The position numbers and the translations under genes were made by a program. The notes below the pieces were generated by a model. It saw only the letters and a program-made list of their open reading frames with translations. It ran no database searches and was not told where the DNA came from. 64,000 nt of DNA, from assembly GCA_047601745.1 (NCBI GenBank), contig JASGIS010000001.1, positions 3,910,086 through 3,974,085 on the forward strand. The letters are read 5' to 3'. This stretch comes from Burkholderiaceae bacterium (lineage in GTDB: Bacteria; Pseudomonadota; Gammaproteobacteria; Burkholderiales; Burkholderiaceae_E). Positions 21,392 through 33,765 of the stretch are shown here, piece by piece (positions within the stretch are counted from its first letter, which is position 1; the number at the start of each line of letters is the position of its first letter).

Positions 21392-23896
21392 TTGGACTTC
21401 GCCAGCGCCGCCTCGCCGTCCGCCGCCGTCCGCTACCGGGTCATCGCGCGCATCGCGATCATCGCCGTGGCGGTCGCCGCGTTGCTGCTGGCGCTGATCG
21501 ACGCGTTCTCGTCGGTCGAGGTCGTCGATCGCGGTCCGGCCGCCGTCACGCGCGATCCGCTGGCGGCGGGCGTCGCCGGCGCGCTGCTGCTGGCGACGGC
21601 CTTGTGCGCGGCCGTGGCCTGGTTCGATGCCGATCCGGTCGAATCGGCGATGGCTTTCTGGTTCGTCAGCCTCGTGCCCCTGCTCGGACTGGTCGCCGGT
21701 TTCGCCGATCCGTGGTTCGATGCGATCGGAGGCGAGGGCGCGCGCCGGCTGATCGGCGCGGCGCTGGTCATCGGCCACGTCGTCGCGCACCTGCATCTGT
21801 TTCGCGCCTGCTTCGGCGACGAGGCGGCCGAACCCGGCCTGCGCCGGCTGATCGAGCGCGCGGTTCCGGTTGCCGCGCTGATCGTGCCGGTGCTGTGGAT
21901 GCTGCCGCCCGCCGGGCAGTTCGCCGTCGCCGGACTGGCGGCGTTGGGCGCGCTGGTCCGGATCGCCCGGGTGTCGTGGCCCTCGTTGCGCGACGGCGGG
22001 CGCCTGGACCAGCGCGCCTACCTGCTGGCGCTGCTCGCGCAGGCCCTGTGCGGATTCGTGCAGGCATTCGCGCCGGCGGCCTCGGACCCGAGCGGCTGGC
22101 GGCTGCTGTCGTTCTGGAACGGGTCGGCGGTGTTCGTCGCGGTCGGCACGCTGATGGTCGTCGAGCGCCGTCGTCATCACGGCGAACGCCGGGCCCGTCT
22201 GCATCGCGAGGCGGTGGATGCCGCGCGCCAGTACCGGCACGTCTACTATTCGGCGCCGGTCGGCCTGGTCTCGGCGACCGCGAGCGGCCACGTCCTGCGC
22301 TGGAACGACATGGCCCAGCGCTTCTTTCCGGACCGGCTGCAGCCCGGCCGCTTCAATACGCTGGCCGGCGTGTTCGGCGAGGAGCGCGCCGCGGCGCTCG
22401 TCGAGGGCCTGGACGGCGGCCGGCCGCAGCGCGGCGAACTGCGGCGCGCGGGGACCGTGCTCGCGTACGAAGCGGTCGTCGCCGGCGGGGCGATCGAGAT
22501 GTCGTTCGTCGACGTCTCCGAGCGCAGCCGCCTGGCCGAAGCGCTCGAACGGATCGCGCACCACGATTCGCTGACGGACCTGCTGAACCGGCGCGGCCTC
22601 GAAGTCCGGATCGACGAGGCGCTGCGCGAGCGCGGTCCGCGCGGCGACCGGGTCTCGCTGATCTACGTGAACCTCGACCATTTCAAGGGGATCAACGAGG
22701 TGTTCGGCCACGAGGCCGGCGACGCGGTGATCGTCGAGGTCGCGCACCGCATGCAGCACGCGCTGGGCGCGCAGACCCGGATCGGTCGGCTCGGCGGCGA
22801 CGAGTTCATCGCGTTGCTGACGGGCGTGCCGCTGGCCGAGGCGCGGCGCTCGGCCGCCGTGCTGCTCGACGCGGTGAGCGGCGAGCCGTTCGAGCACGAC
22901 GGGCAGCGCTTCGACGTGCAGGCCAGCATCGGCGTCGTCGAGGCGAGCGCCGGCATGCAGACGCGCGAGCTGATCGCGCAGGCGGACGACGCGTGCACGC
23001 GCGCCAAGCGCGCGGGGCCGCGAAGGATCGCGGTGATGCGGGCCTCGGACCTGCGGCTCGACGATTACCGCGCGTCGGTCCGGCTCGGCTCGAAGCTCAA
23101 ATCCTGCCTGCCGATCGAGCGGATGCGCGTGTACGCGCAGCCGATCGTCGCGCTGCGCGAGGCCGAGCCCGTGCCGCGCTACGAGGTGCTGCTGCGCGAG
23201 GTCGACGAGCAGGGCCGGATCGAGCCGCCGGATCGGCTGCTGGCCGCGGCCGAACGGCAGGGCAGCATGGCGGCGATCGATCGCCACGTGCTGCAGTCGA
23301 CGATCGAACACCTTTGCGCGCATCCCGAGCACACGCGATCGCTGGGCTTCGTGACCGTCAACGTCAGCGGCATGTCGCTGAACGACGACCGCTTCCACGA
23401 CGATGCCGTGGCGATGCTGCGCGACCATCGGCTGGCCGCGTCCCGGATCGTGCTGGAGATCACCGAGTCGGTCGCCGTGCGCGACATGTCCGGCACCCGC
23501 CGCTTCGTCGAACGGATGCGCGACATCGGCGTAGGGATCGCGCTCGACGATTTCGGCGCCGGCTACACCTCGTTCGCTTACCTGCGCGACATCCCCGCAT
23601 CGCTGCTGAAGATCGACGGACAGTTCATCGTCGATCTGGCCGGCGACCGCAAGCTGCGCGGCATCGTTCGCGCGATCCAGCAGCTCGGCGCCGAACTGGG
23701 CATGGCGTGCCTGGCCGAATGGGTCGAGGACGTGCCCACGCTCGAGGCGCTGCTCGAACTGCGGGTCGATTATGCGCAGGGCTACGTGTTTTCGCGCGCG
23801 CTGCCGCTCGAATCCTGGTTGACGACCCCGACCGACCTGGCGCCGCTGCACGCGGCCCGGCAAGCGCTGCGCAGCACCGGCAAGGTGATCGCATGA
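21392..23896 (+). CDS. Membrane-anchored GGDEF-EAL protein (intact GGDEF; EAL with EVL variant)
   Basis: About 8 N-terminal TM segments. [14 protein letters not shown] domain with [35 protein letters not shown] start, uncertain. Confidence 0.85.
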   Translation: MDFASAASPSAAVRYRVIARIAIIAVAVAALLLALIDAFSSVEVVDRGPAAVTRDPLAAGVAGALLLATALCAAVAWFDADPVESAMAFWFVSLVPLLGLVAGFADPWFDAIGGEGARRLIGAALVIGHVVAHLHLFRACFGDEAAEPGLRRLIERAVPVAALIVPVLWMLPPAGQFAVAGLAALGALVRIARVSWPSLRDGGRLDQRAYLLALLAQALCGFVQAFAPAASDPSGWRLLSFWNGSAVFVAVGTLMVVERRRHHGERRARLHREAVDAARQYRHVYYSAPVGLVSATASGHVLRWNDMAQRFFPDRLQPGRFNTLAGVFGEERAAALVEGLDGGRPQRGELRRAGTVLAYEAVVAGGAIEMSFVDVSERSRLAEALERIAHHDSLTDLLNRRGLEVRIDEALRERGPRGDRVSLIYVNLDHFKGINEVFGHEAGDAVIVEVAHRMQHALGAQTRIGRLGGDEFIALLTGVPLAEARRSAAVLLDAVSGEPFEHDGQRFDVQASIGVVEASAGMQTRELIAQADDACTRAKRAGPRRIAVMRASDLRLDDYRASVRLGSKLKSCLPIERMRVYAQPIVALREAEPVPRYEVLLREVDEQGRIEPPDRLLAAAERQGSMAAIDRHVLQSTIEHLCAHPEHTRSLGFVTVNVSGMSLNDDRFHDDAVAMLRDHRLAASRIVLEITESVAVRDMSGTRRFVERMRDIGVGIALDDFGAGYTSFAYLRDIPASLLKIDGQFIVDLAGDRKLRGIVRAIQQLGAELGMACLAEWVEDVPTLEALLELRVDYAQGYVFSRALPLESWLTTPTDLAPLHAARQALRSTGKVIA

Positions 23897-25575
23897 CGGG
23901 CGTCCGGATATCGGCGCCGGCGGCGCCGGCCGCACGGTCGGCATCGGCATCGACATCGACATCGGCGCTGGCGCTGGCGACGGCGACGGCATCGGCATCG
24001 GCATCGGCATCGGCATCGGCATCGGCATCGGCATCGGCATCGGCATCGGCATCGGCATCGGCATCGGCATCCGGTCGGATCTGCGCGCTGCCGATCGGCA
24101 TGGAGCTGGGCGGTTATCGGCTCGTGCGCGTCATCGGGCACGGCGGGTTCGGGATCGTCTACGAGGCGATCGACCTGGCCACCGGCGGTCAGGTCGCGAT
24201 CAAGGAGTACATGCCCGTGCAACTGGCGGCGCGGCCGGCCGGCGAGATCGTCCTGCCGCTGACGAGCGGCGTCGGCAACGCCTACGAACTCGGCCGGCAG
24301 GGCTTCCTCGAAGAGGCGGCGCTGCTCAGACGCTATCGGCATCCCGGGTTGATCCACGCGTTGGCGAGCTGGGAACAGAACGGCACCGCGTACATGGCGA
24401 TGCCGTTCTACGACGGCGCGACGCTCGAGCAGATCATGCAGCGCGACCGCAGCGTGATCGACGAGCGCTGGCTCAAGACGCTGCTCGGCCCGATCCTCGG
24501 CGCGCTCGAAAGCCTGCACGCCGATCGCTGCTGCCATCGCGACGTGTCGCCCGACAACATCCTGGTGCCGAATGCCGGCGGAGCGGTGCTGCTCGACCTG
24601 GGCGCGGCGCGCCGCGTCATCGGCGGACACGCGCGCGCGCTGACGGTGATGCTCAAGACCGGCTTCGCGCCGATCGAACAGTACGCGGACGATCCGTCGC
24701 TGATGCCCGGTCCGTGGAGCGACATCTACGCGCTATGCGGCGTGTTGTATTTCGCGATCACCGGCAACGTGCCGCCGGCCTCGGCCTCGCGCGTGATGCG
24801 CGATCACTTCGTGCCGCTGCGGACGCTGGCGCCGGCCGGGTACTCGGCCGAGTTCCTGGCGGCGATCGACGCCGGCCTGCTGCTCATCCCCGACGAGCGG
24901 CCGCAGACGATCGCGGCGTTTCGCCAGCGGGTGTTCGCCGAACCGGGCAGTCTCGCGGCTGCGGCCATCGCCGGGTCCTCGCGCGACGGTCCGGACGGCC
25001 CGCGCGGCGCGTGGACCGATCTTCCGGTGTCGCCCGTCGCGCGGCGAACGCGTGGGGCCGGGATCGCGATCGGCGTCGCGCTGGCGGCCTTCGTGCTGGG
25101 CGGCGCCTGGCTCGGCCGTGGCGGCGTGCGCGGCGGCAGCGGAATGCCGGCCCCACCCGCATCGGCGGCGCCGGATGCGCGAGCACCGGCAACAGTGCCG
25201 GCCTCTGTCGGCGGGTCGGTGCCGTCGCCGAACGGCGCGTCGAACGGCGGGTCGAACGCGAGACAGAACGCGAGACAGAACACGGGACAGAACACGGGAC
25301 AGAGCGCGGGACAGAGCGCGGGACAGAGCGCGGGACAGAACGCGGGACAGAACGCGGGGGCCGGACCGGACTCGCGACCGGATCCGGACGTGAAATCGGA
25401 TACGAGGCAAAACGCCGGGCATGACCCGCGATCGGACGCGAAGCCGCCGTCGAAGCCGTCCGACGCATCGACGCCGCCGGCAGTGCAGCCGGCCGCCGCC
25501 GGGGCCGACGCCGACGCTGATGCCGGGCCCGTTTCCGGGCCCGTTTCCGGGCCCGCCGATCGCCGCCGGCGCTGA
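23893..25575 (+). CDS. Hanks-type Ser/Thr protein kinase with a TM segment and a repeat-rich C-terminal tail
   Basis: [11 protein letters not shown] (G-loop), VAIKEY (Lys), [25 protein letters not shown] segment [17 protein letters not shown]. The ATG at 23893 overlaps the upstream stop (ATGA). Alternative start is ATG 24100 (MELGGYRL). Confidence 0.8.
   Translation: MTGVRISAPAAPAARSASASTSTSALALATATASASASASASASASASASASASASASASGRICALPIGMELGGYRLVRVIGHGGFGIVYEAIDLATGGQVAIKEYMPVQLAARPAGEIVLPLTSGVGNAYELGRQGFLEEAALLRRYRHPGLIHALASWEQNGTAYMAMPFYDGATLEQIMQRDRSVIDERWLKTLLGPILGALESLHADRCCHRDVSPDNILVPNAGGAVLLDLGAARRVIGGHARALTVMLKTGFAPIEQYADDPSLMPGPWSDIYALCGVLYFAITGNVPPASASRVMRDHFVPLRTLAPAGYSAEFLAAIDAGLLLIPDERPQTIAAFRQRVFAEPGSLAAAAIAGSSRDGPDGPRGAWTDLPVSPVARRTRGAGIAIGVALAAFVLGGAWLGRGGVRGGSGMPAPPASAAPDARAPATVPASVGGSVPSPNGASNGGSNARQNARQNTGQNTGQSAGQSAGQSAGQNAGQNAGAGPDSRPDPDVKSDTRQNAGHDPRSDAKPPSKPSDASTPPAVQPAAAGADADADAGPVSGPVSGPADRRRR
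23989..24066 (+). repeat. 13 perfect copies of (GCATCG). Encodes (AS)n if the kinase starts at 23893.
   Basis: Read directly. Flanked by degenerate copies from about 23937. Confidence 0.95.
25255..25350 (+). repeat. 8 tandem 12-nt units (AACGCGAGACAG / AACACGGGACAG / AGCGCGGGACAG) in the kinase tail. Encodes [16 protein letters not shown].
   Basis: Read directly. Confidence 0.9.
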
Positions 25576-25594
25576 CGCGCGCGGCGCGCGCTCG

Positions 25595-26653
25595 TCAGGG
25601 CACGAGCACGACGCGGCCGACGACCTTGCCGTCGCGCAGCGCCATCAGCGCGTCGTTCGCCTCCTCGAGCGGGCGACGCGTGACCGGCACCGGCTTGAGC
25701 TTGCCGGCCTTCGCGAAGCCGACCAGTTCTTGCAGTTCGCGCAGGTTGCCGACGTAGCTGCCGCGCAGCGCCAGCGGGCGCAGCGGGAAGAACGGGATCG
25801 GCATCCGCAGCTCGCCGCCGAACAGGCCGACGATGACGATCTCGGTGCCGCGGGTCGCGCTGGCCAGCGCCAGGTTCACCGTGGCTTCGCCGCCGACCAG
25901 GTCGAGCACCTGCAGCGCGCCGCCGCCGGTCGCGGCGATGATCTGCTGCGCGGCATCGGTGGCCGAACCGTCGATCGCCTGCAGCGCGCCGGCCTTGAGC
26001 GCGGCCTCGCGTTTGGTCGGATCGATGTCGACGACGATCGCGCCCTTGGCATCCATCGCCTTGAGCATCATCAGTGCCATGTGGCCGAGTCCGCCGGCGC
26101 CCATGATCACCACCGGTTCGTCCTTGATCGACGGGCCGAACTTCTTCAGCGCGCTGTAGGTCGTCACGCCCGAGCACGCCAGCGGCGCGGCTTCGGCGGC
26201 ATCCAGCGTGCCGATGTCGACGCAGTAGCGGGCCTCGGGCACCAGTACGTAGTCGGCGTAGCCGCCGTCGAGGAACACGCCGAGCGAACGCGACTTCAGG
26301 CACAGGTTCTCGTCGCCGCGCCGGCAGATCGGGCAATCGGCGCAGCCGAGCCACGGAAAGACGACGACGCTGGCGCCGATCTTCGCGTCGCCGGCTTCGG
26401 GACCGGCCGCGGCGATCGTGCCGGCGATCTCGTGTCCCATCGTCAACGGCAGCTTGATGCCGCGGTCCTTCAGCTCCAGCGCCTTGCCGTCGCCGAGATC
26501 GTAGCGGCCCTCCCAGATGTGCAGGTCGCTGTGGCACACGCCGGCGGCGGTGATCCGCACCAGCACTTCCTTGCCGGTCGGCGTCGGCACCGGGCCTTCG
26601 CGGCGCGACAGCGGTTGGTCGTGTCCGGTCACACAAAAGCAGCGCATCTTCAT
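25595..26653 (-). CDS. Zinc-dependent alcohol dehydrogenase (MDR family)
   Basis: GVCHSDLHIWEG, structural-zinc cysteines GCADCPICRRGDENLC, GAGGLGHMA Rossmann fold. GGAG RBS before the ATG at 26653. Confidence 0.85.
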   Translation of the reverse strand: MKMRCFCVTGHDQPLSRREGPVPTPTGKEVLVRITAAGVCHSDLHIWEGRYDLGDGKALELKDRGIKLPLTMGHEIAGTIAAAGPEAGDAKIGASVVVFPWLGCADCPICRRGDENLCLKSRSLGVFLDGGYADYVLVPEARYCVDIGTLDAAEAAPLACSGVTTYSALKKFGPSIKDEPVVIMGAGGLGHMALMMLKAMDAKGAIVVDIDPTKREAALKAGALQAIDGSATDAAQQIIAATGGGALQVLDLVGGEATVNLALASATRGTEIVIVGLFGGELRMPIPFFPLRPLALRGSYVGNLRELQELVGFAKAGKLKPVPVTRRPLEEANDALMALRDGKVVGRVVLVP

Positions 26654-26938
26654 CGGAGTCTCCATGAGGGGGTGCCGCGGATCCACGGCCCTGGGTAGTC
26701 ATCGGTTTCGACTGGGAACACGCCGGATGCTACGGCCAGCCAGGGCGATTGCCAAATCGGATCCGCCGGCGGGCGCGGTCGGCGCGACGCGGCGGCCCGC
26801 ATCGGCCGGATCCGATACCATCGTCGTCATCGTGCCGCGATCGCGCGGCCGGCCGGCGGTCGCGCGGGCCGGCGCGACCATCCATTCGCGGGCGTCGATA
26901 AGCGATGACCCTAACCCCATGCACGAGGAGACACCCGC

Positions 26939-28627
<1,689 letters not shown>

Positions 28628-28747
28628 ACGAACGAAGCTCGCGCACCGCTAGAATCTCCGCATTGCGCGAGAAGGCTTCGCTCGGTACGCTGCCCACGCA
28701 ATATCCGGACGCGCAGTCCGATCATCGGTTTTTTCAGGAGACTCGTC

Positions 28748-29815
28748 ATGGCCGATCAGCGATCAACTTCTTCGCGCGGGGCATCGAACCCGCCTACGGC
28801 CGGCGCCCCGGACGACGGACGCCGTTCGTTGCTGGTCGGCGCCGGCGCCGGCATCGCGCTGGCCGGTCTCGGCCTGTCGGGACGCGCGCGCGCGCAGGCC
28901 TCGGCCGACGCCTGGCCGAACAAGCCGGTGCGGGTGATCTGCAACTTCGCGGCGGGCGGCTTGACCGATTCGTACGCGCGCCAGTACAGCGAAGCGCTGA
29001 GCCGCAAGTTCGACCAGAACTTCATCGTCGACAACCGGCCCGGCGCGGGCGGCATCCTGGGGGCCGAGATGGCGGCCAAATCGTCGCCCGACGGTTATAC
29101 GCTGCTGGTCACGACCAGCACGCCGGTCTGGTCGGCCCGCGGTCTTTACCGCAAGCTGCCGTACGACGCGGCCAAGGACCTGGTGCCGGTGACGATGTTC
29201 CCGAGCGGCGCGCTGATCTTCGCGGCGCATAAGGACCTGCCGGTCAGCAACGCGGCCGAACTGGCCGAATACGCGAAGACGCATCCGATCACGCTGGGCA
29301 CGTACGGGCAGGGATCCTGGCCGCACCTGGTCGCCGAGAACTGGATCAAGGAGCGCAAGATCCCGCTGACGGTCGTTCACTACAAGGGTGAATCGCCGAT
29401 GTGGATCGACATCGCCAGCGGCCAGGTCCAGGTCGGCATCGGCAGCTACCTGCAGTTCGTCTCACATTACCAGAAGGGCCAGGTCAAGCCGCTGGCCGCG
29501 GCGACGGGGTCGGTGCGCTCGCCCAAGCTGCCCGACGTGCCGACGATGGTCGAGCAGGGCTTCACCGATCCGCTGTACAAGCTCGACGGCTACTTGCCGA
29601 TGGTGGCGCCCGCCGGCACGCCGGATGCGGTCCTGCGCAAGATCGCCGACGCGATCCAGGAAGTGTCCGCCACGCCGAAGCTGGCGGCGCTGCGCCAGAC
29701 GTTCGCGATCGACCAACTGCCGCCGGACTACGAGACGACGCAGAAGCTCTACGGCGAGTACGGCCAGTTGTGGGGATCGCTCGCCGGGGCGCTGGGCATC
29801 AAGCTCGACGCCTGA
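28748..29815 (+). CDS. Bug-family (tripartite tricarboxylate transporter) periplasmic substrate-binding protein with Tat signal
   Basis: Twin-arginine DDGRRSLLVGAGAGIALAG...ARAQA, then WPNKPVRVICNFAAGGLTDSYAR, typical of the Bug/TctC family. Confidence 0.85.
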   Translation: MADQRSTSSRGASNPPTAGAPDDGRRSLLVGAGAGIALAGLGLSGRARAQASADAWPNKPVRVICNFAAGGLTDSYARQYSEALSRKFDQNFIVDNRPGAGGILGAEMAAKSSPDGYTLLVTTSTPVWSARGLYRKLPYDAAKDLVPVTMFPSGALIFAAHKDLPVSNAAELAEYAKTHPITLGTYGQGSWPHLVAENWIKERKIPLTVVHYKGESPMWIDIASGQVQVGIGSYLQFVSHYQKGQVKPLAAATGSVRSPKLPDVPTMVEQGFTDPLYKLDGYLPMVAPAGTPDAVLRKIADAIQEVSATPKLAALRQTFAIDQLPPDYETTQKLYGEYGQLWGSLAGALGIKLDA

Positions 29816-29890
29816 TCCGCGCCGCGGGCCCGCGGCGCGGGCCCGGGCCTGCGGCGGCGGCAGGCCGGATCGCCCGACCCGCCGGCCGCG

Positions 29891-31972
29891 TCACTTGATG
29901 TCCTGGAAGCGCTTGCCTTCGGCCGCCATCTTCTCGAGCAGCGGCGAGATCGTGAAGTCCGAGCCCAGTTTCGGCGCGTATTCCTTCAGCTTGGCCACGA
30001 CCTTGTCCAGGCCGACGGTGTCGGCGTAGAACATCGGCCCGCCGCGGTAGACGGGCCAGCCGTAGCCGTTGATCCAGACGATGTCGATGTCCGAGGGCCG
30101 GATCGCGATCCCTTCCTCGAGGATCTTCGCGCCCTCGTTGATCATCGGATAGATGCAGCGTTCGAGGATCTCGGTCTCGCTGATCTGGCGCGGCGTCGCA
30201 CCCTGTTTGGCCATGAAGTCGCGGATGATCTTCTCGGTGACCGGCGACGGCTTGGCGTTGCGCTTCTCGTCGTAGTCGTAGAAGCCGGCGCCGGTCTTCT
30301 GGCCGCGCCGGTCGGCCTCGCACAGCACCTCGCGGATCGTCGAGCTGGTCGAGCGCTCGCGGAACCAGCCCAGGTCCAGACCCGCCAGGTCCGACATCGC
30401 GAACGGGCCCATCGGCAGCCCGAACTCGTAGATCACCTTGTCGATGTCCCAGGGCATCGCGCCTTCCATCAGCATCGCCTGCGCCTGCAGCGTGCGGGCG
30501 CGCAGGATCCGGTTGCCGATGAAGCCCGGGCAAACGCCCGACAGCGCGGCGATCTTGCCGATCTGCTTGCCGACGCCCATCGCCGTCGCGATCATCGTCT
30601 TCGACGTCTTCTCGCCGCGCACGACCTCGAGCAGGCGCATCACGTTGGCCGGCGAGAAGAAGTGCATGCCGATCACGTCCTGCGGACGCGACGTGGCGCT
30701 GGCGATCTCGTTGACGTCGAGCGCCGACGTGTTGGTGGCCAGCACCGCGCCCTGCCTGACGATCTTGTCGAGTTTGGCGAACAGATCCTTCTTGACCTCC
30801 ATGTTCTCGAACACGGCCTCGATGATCATGTCGCAGTCGGCCAGCACGTTCAGGTCCAGCGAGCCGGTCAGCAGCTTCATCCGCTGCTCGACCTGTTCCA
30901 TCGTCAGCCGGCCGCGCTTGGCGGTGGTCTCGTAGTTCTTGCGCACGACGCCCAGGCCGCGATCGAGCGCTTCCTGTTTGGTCTCGACCAGCGTGACCGG
31001 GATGCCGACGTTCGCGAAGTTCATCGCGATGCCGCCGCCCATCGTGCCCGCGCCGATGATGCCGACCTTCTTGACCGGCACGGTCGGCGTGTCGGCCGGC
31101 ACGTCCGGGATCTTCCAGACCTGGCGCTCGGCGAAGAACACGTAGCGCTGCGCGGCCGACTGCGTGCCGGTCATCAGTTCGGTGAACAGCGCGCGCTCGG
31201 TCTTCAGCCCTTCGTCGAACGGTTGGTTGACCGCCGCCTCGACGCAGCGGATGTTGTATTCGGGGGCGAGGAAACCGCGGAACTTGCGCGCATTGGCCTT
31301 GCGGAAGTCGGCGAAGATCTCGGGGTGCTTGCGCGCCTCGATCATCTTGTCGTCCGAATCGCGGACCTTCTTCAGCGGACGCTTCTCGGCGACGATCTTG
31401 CGCGCGAACGCGATCGCGCCGGCGCGCAGCGCGTTCTCGTCGACCAGTTCGTCGACCAGGCCCATCTCCAGGCACTGCTTGGCGCGCACGTGCTCGCCGG
31501 ACGTGACCATCTCGAGCGCGCGCTGCGCGCCGACGATGCGAGGCAGGCGCTGCGTGCCGCCGGCGCCGGGCAGCAGGCCCAGCTTGACCTCGGGCAGTCC
31601 GCACTTGGCCGACGGCACCGCGACGCGGTAATGGCAGGCCAGCGCGGTCTCCAGGCCGCCGCCCAGCGCGGTGCCGTGGATCGCCGCGACCACCGGTTTC
31701 GGCGAATTCTCGATCGCGTCCTGCGCTTCCTTGAGCGCCGGGCCCTTCGGCGGTTTGCCGAATTCGGTGATGTCGGCGCCGGCGATGAAGGTCTTGCCGG
31801 CGCAGATCAGCACGATCGCCTGGACCGCGGGGTCGGCGACGGCGGTGTTGATGCCGTCGAGGATCGCGGCGCGCACCGGCTGCGACAACGCGTTGACGGG
31901 CGGCGAATCGAGCGTGATGACGGCGACGCCGTTGTCGACGTCGAGCGTGGCGACGGGGCTGCTGAAGGCCAA
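29891..31972 (-). CDS. Bifunctional enoyl-CoA hydratase / 3-hydroxyacyl-CoA dehydrogenase (FadB/FadJ-like)
   Basis: Crotonase N-terminus ([15 protein letters not shown]) plus NAD-binding [14 protein letters not shown]. 693 aa. Confidence 0.9.
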   Translation of the reverse strand: MAFSSPVATLDVDNGVAVITLDSPPVNALSQPVRAAILDGINTAVADPAVQAIVLICAGKTFIAGADITEFGKPPKGPALKEAQDAIENSPKPVVAAIHGTALGGGLETALACHYRVAVPSAKCGLPEVKLGLLPGAGGTQRLPRIVGAQRALEMVTSGEHVRAKQCLEMGLVDELVDENALRAGAIAFARKIVAEKRPLKKVRDSDDKMIEARKHPEIFADFRKANARKFRGFLAPEYNIRCVEAAVNQPFDEGLKTERALFTELMTGTQSAAQRYVFFAERQVWKIPDVPADTPTVPVKKVGIIGAGTMGGGIAMNFANVGIPVTLVETKQEALDRGLGVVRKNYETTAKRGRLTMEQVEQRMKLLTGSLDLNVLADCDMIIEAVFENMEVKKDLFAKLDKIVRQGAVLATNTSALDVNEIASATSRPQDVIGMHFFSPANVMRLLEVVRGEKTSKTMIATAMGVGKQIGKIAALSGVCPGFIGNRILRARTLQAQAMLMEGAMPWDIDKVIYEFGLPMGPFAMSDLAGLDLGWFRERSTSSTIREVLCEADRRGQKTGAGFYDYDEKRNAKPSPVTEKIIRDFMAKQGATPRQISETEILERCIYPMINEGAKILEEGIAIRPSDIDIVWINGYGWPVYRGGPMFYADTVGLDKVVAKLKEYAPKLGSDFTISPLLEKMAAEGKRFQDIK

Positions 31973-32037
31973 GGTGAGTCTCCTCGAGTGGGTGAAACCG
32001 GTCGCGCGGCGAGCGCGTTGCGCGTTAGCATACCGCG

Positions 32038-32538
32038 ATGAACGAACTACTCGATCGGGCGGCCGCGATCGCGGATCTGCTCAAGGCGCGACGCCAGACG
32101 ATCGCCGTCGCCGAATCGTCCAGCGGTGGCCTGGTCAGCGCGGCGCTGCTGTCGGTGCCCGGCGCGTCGGCCTATTTCCTCGGCGGCGGGGTCGTCTATA
32201 CGGCGCGCGCGCGCAAGCTGCTGATGGACATCCCGCGCGAGGCGGTCGAAGGCATGCGCTCGTCGTCCGAGCCGTATGCGCGGCTGCTCGCGCAGACCGC
32301 CCGGCAGCGCTTCCGCGCCGATTGGGGCCTGTCCGAAACCGGCGCCGCCGGTCCGACCGGCAATCCGTACGGCGATGCGGCCGGGCATTCGTGCATCGCC
32401 GTCGACGGCCCGAGCTCGGCCGTCGTCACGATCGAGACCGGCCGCGACGATCGCTACGAGAACATGCTCGCGTTCGCGGCGGCCGCGCTGGCACTGCTGC
32501 ATCAGCGCCTGACGGACGCGCCCGACGGATCACGGTGA
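32038..32538 (+). CDS. CinA C-terminal-domain protein (PncC-like nicotinamide-nucleotide amidase)
   Basis: TIAVAESSSGGLVSAALLSVPGASAYFLGGGVVY...SETGAAGP. Confidence 0.8.
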   Translation: MNELLDRAAAIADLLKARRQTIAVAESSSGGLVSAALLSVPGASAYFLGGGVVYTARARKLLMDIPREAVEGMRSSSEPYARLLAQTARQRFRADWGLSETGAAGPTGNPYGDAAGHSCIAVDGPSSAVVTIETGRDDRYENMLAFAAAALALLHQRLTDAPDGSR

Positions 32539-32595
32539 CGCGGCGCGCCCGATCGACGATGGACCGCGTGCGAACCGCCGGGGACGGAGACCGGC

Positions 32596-33114
32596 ATGCC
32601 TGATCCCGCCGGCGGCCAGGGTCGAGACGACGTCGCGGCCATCCGGCTGATCGCGTCCTTCGAGGCGCTCAAGGGCCTGCTGGTGCTCGCGGCCGGATTC
32701 GGCCTGCTGCATGCGCTGCACCACGACCTGCGCCACGTGGCCGAACAGTTGATCCGGCACGTGCACGTGAATCCCGACAACCATCTGTCGCATCTGTTCC
32801 TGCAACGGATCGACCAGTTGCAGCATGCGAACCTCGTCGGCCTGTTCGTCGCGGCGATCGCCTACGTGGTGCTGCGCTTCGCCGAGGCGACCGGCCTGTG
32901 GCTGGGCAGGTCCTGGGGCGAGTGGCTCGGCGCGCTGTCGGGCGCCATCTATCTGCCGATCGAGATCATGCACCTGGTCGAGCGGCCCGGCGTCGGCGTC
33001 GCCGTCGTCTTCGCCTTCAACGCGGCGGTGGTCTTCTATCTCGCGACGCGGTTGTGGCGCCGCCGTGCGGCCGGGCACGCGCAGGGTCGGACCGGGCGCC
33101 GCGGCGATCGTTGA
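32596..33114 (+). CDS. DUF2127-like membrane protein
   Basis: IRLIASFEALKGLLVLAAGFGLL... with 4 TM segments. Family assignment is from memory. Confidence 0.65.
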   Translation: MPDPAGGQGRDDVAAIRLIASFEALKGLLVLAAGFGLLHALHHDLRHVAEQLIRHVHVNPDNHLSHLFLQRIDQLQHANLVGLFVAAIAYVVLRFAEATGLWLGRSWGEWLGALSGAIYLPIEIMHLVERPGVGVAVVFAFNAAVVFYLATRLWRRRAAGHAQGRTGRRGDR

Positions 33115-33238
33115 TCGGCCGGCGGACGCCGATCGCCGGATCAGCGGGGCGAACCTGCCGTTGTTCGGTCAATCTGTCAGCCATCCGGGCATGCGTCGGG
33201 CGCGCCCGCGTCGTTGAACCGAGAATCGTAGGAGAGGC

Positions 33239-33562
33239 ATGATGTCAGTCGTAGCCGCGATCACGCCAAGCCAGTCGGCCCAGGCCGCCGTGCCCGTCGA
33301 GCCGTCGTTCATCCGGGAGGCGGCGCTGGCGGCCAGCCAGGTCACGCCGGTGGCGCCGATCGACGATTCGGTGTCGATCAGTTCGTCGCTCGAGGCGCAG
33401 AAGAAGGCCGTCGAACGGGCCGCCGAACTGGCCGAGAGCTATCGGCACGTCCCCGAAGGCATCTCCGCGTACGAGATCATCCAGAAGATCCAGGTCGCCG
33501 ACGCCAGCCTGCTGGCCAATACGCTACTGCGTCTGCGCATCCCGGTCGACGCCGCGGCCTGA
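33239..33562 (+). CDS. Hypothetical 107-aa soluble protein
   Basis: AGGAGAGG RBS directly upstream. No family recognised. Confidence 0.5.
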   Translation: MMSVVAAITPSQSAQAAVPVEPSFIREAALAASQVTPVAPIDDSVSISSSLEAQKKAVERAAELAESYRHVPEGISAYEIIQKIQVADASLLANTLLRLRIPVDAAA

Positions 33563-33575
33563 TCCCACGCGCCGC

Positions 33576-33627
33576 GTCCGGCGCTGCGGTCCGGCGCTGC
33601 GGTCCGGCGCCGCGGTCCGGCGCTGCC
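33576..33627. repeat. 4 tandem copies of the 13-nt unit GTCCGGCGCTGCG
   Basis: Read directly. Lies between the two small ORFs. Confidence 0.9.
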
Positions 33628-33765
33628 GATGGCGGGCGCGTGCTCAGGGCGAGGCCGCGGCGGAAACACCTGGTTACGTCTGTCACCTTCGAGCACGAGC
33701 GCCTGCGCAATCGGTTCACGAGCGGGGCGCACAGTGAGGCCATCGATCCCAACGAGGAGTCTTCG

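Noticed and set aside
21296-24070. 924-aa minus-strand ORF beginning MPMPMPMP...
   Set aside because: It lies antisense to the well-supported GGDEF-EAL gene. The PM repeat is only the reverse reading of the (GCATCG)n tract. It has no domain signatures and an R/A/G/P-dominated composition typical of off-frame high-GC sequence.
33239-33562. 107-aa ORF as a FlgM-like anti-sigma-28 factor
   Set aside because: The only resemblance is compositional (a disordered A/S/V/P-rich N-terminus and a DSVSISS motif). There is no flagellar context in the window and the conserved FlgM C-terminal helices could not be matched by eye.
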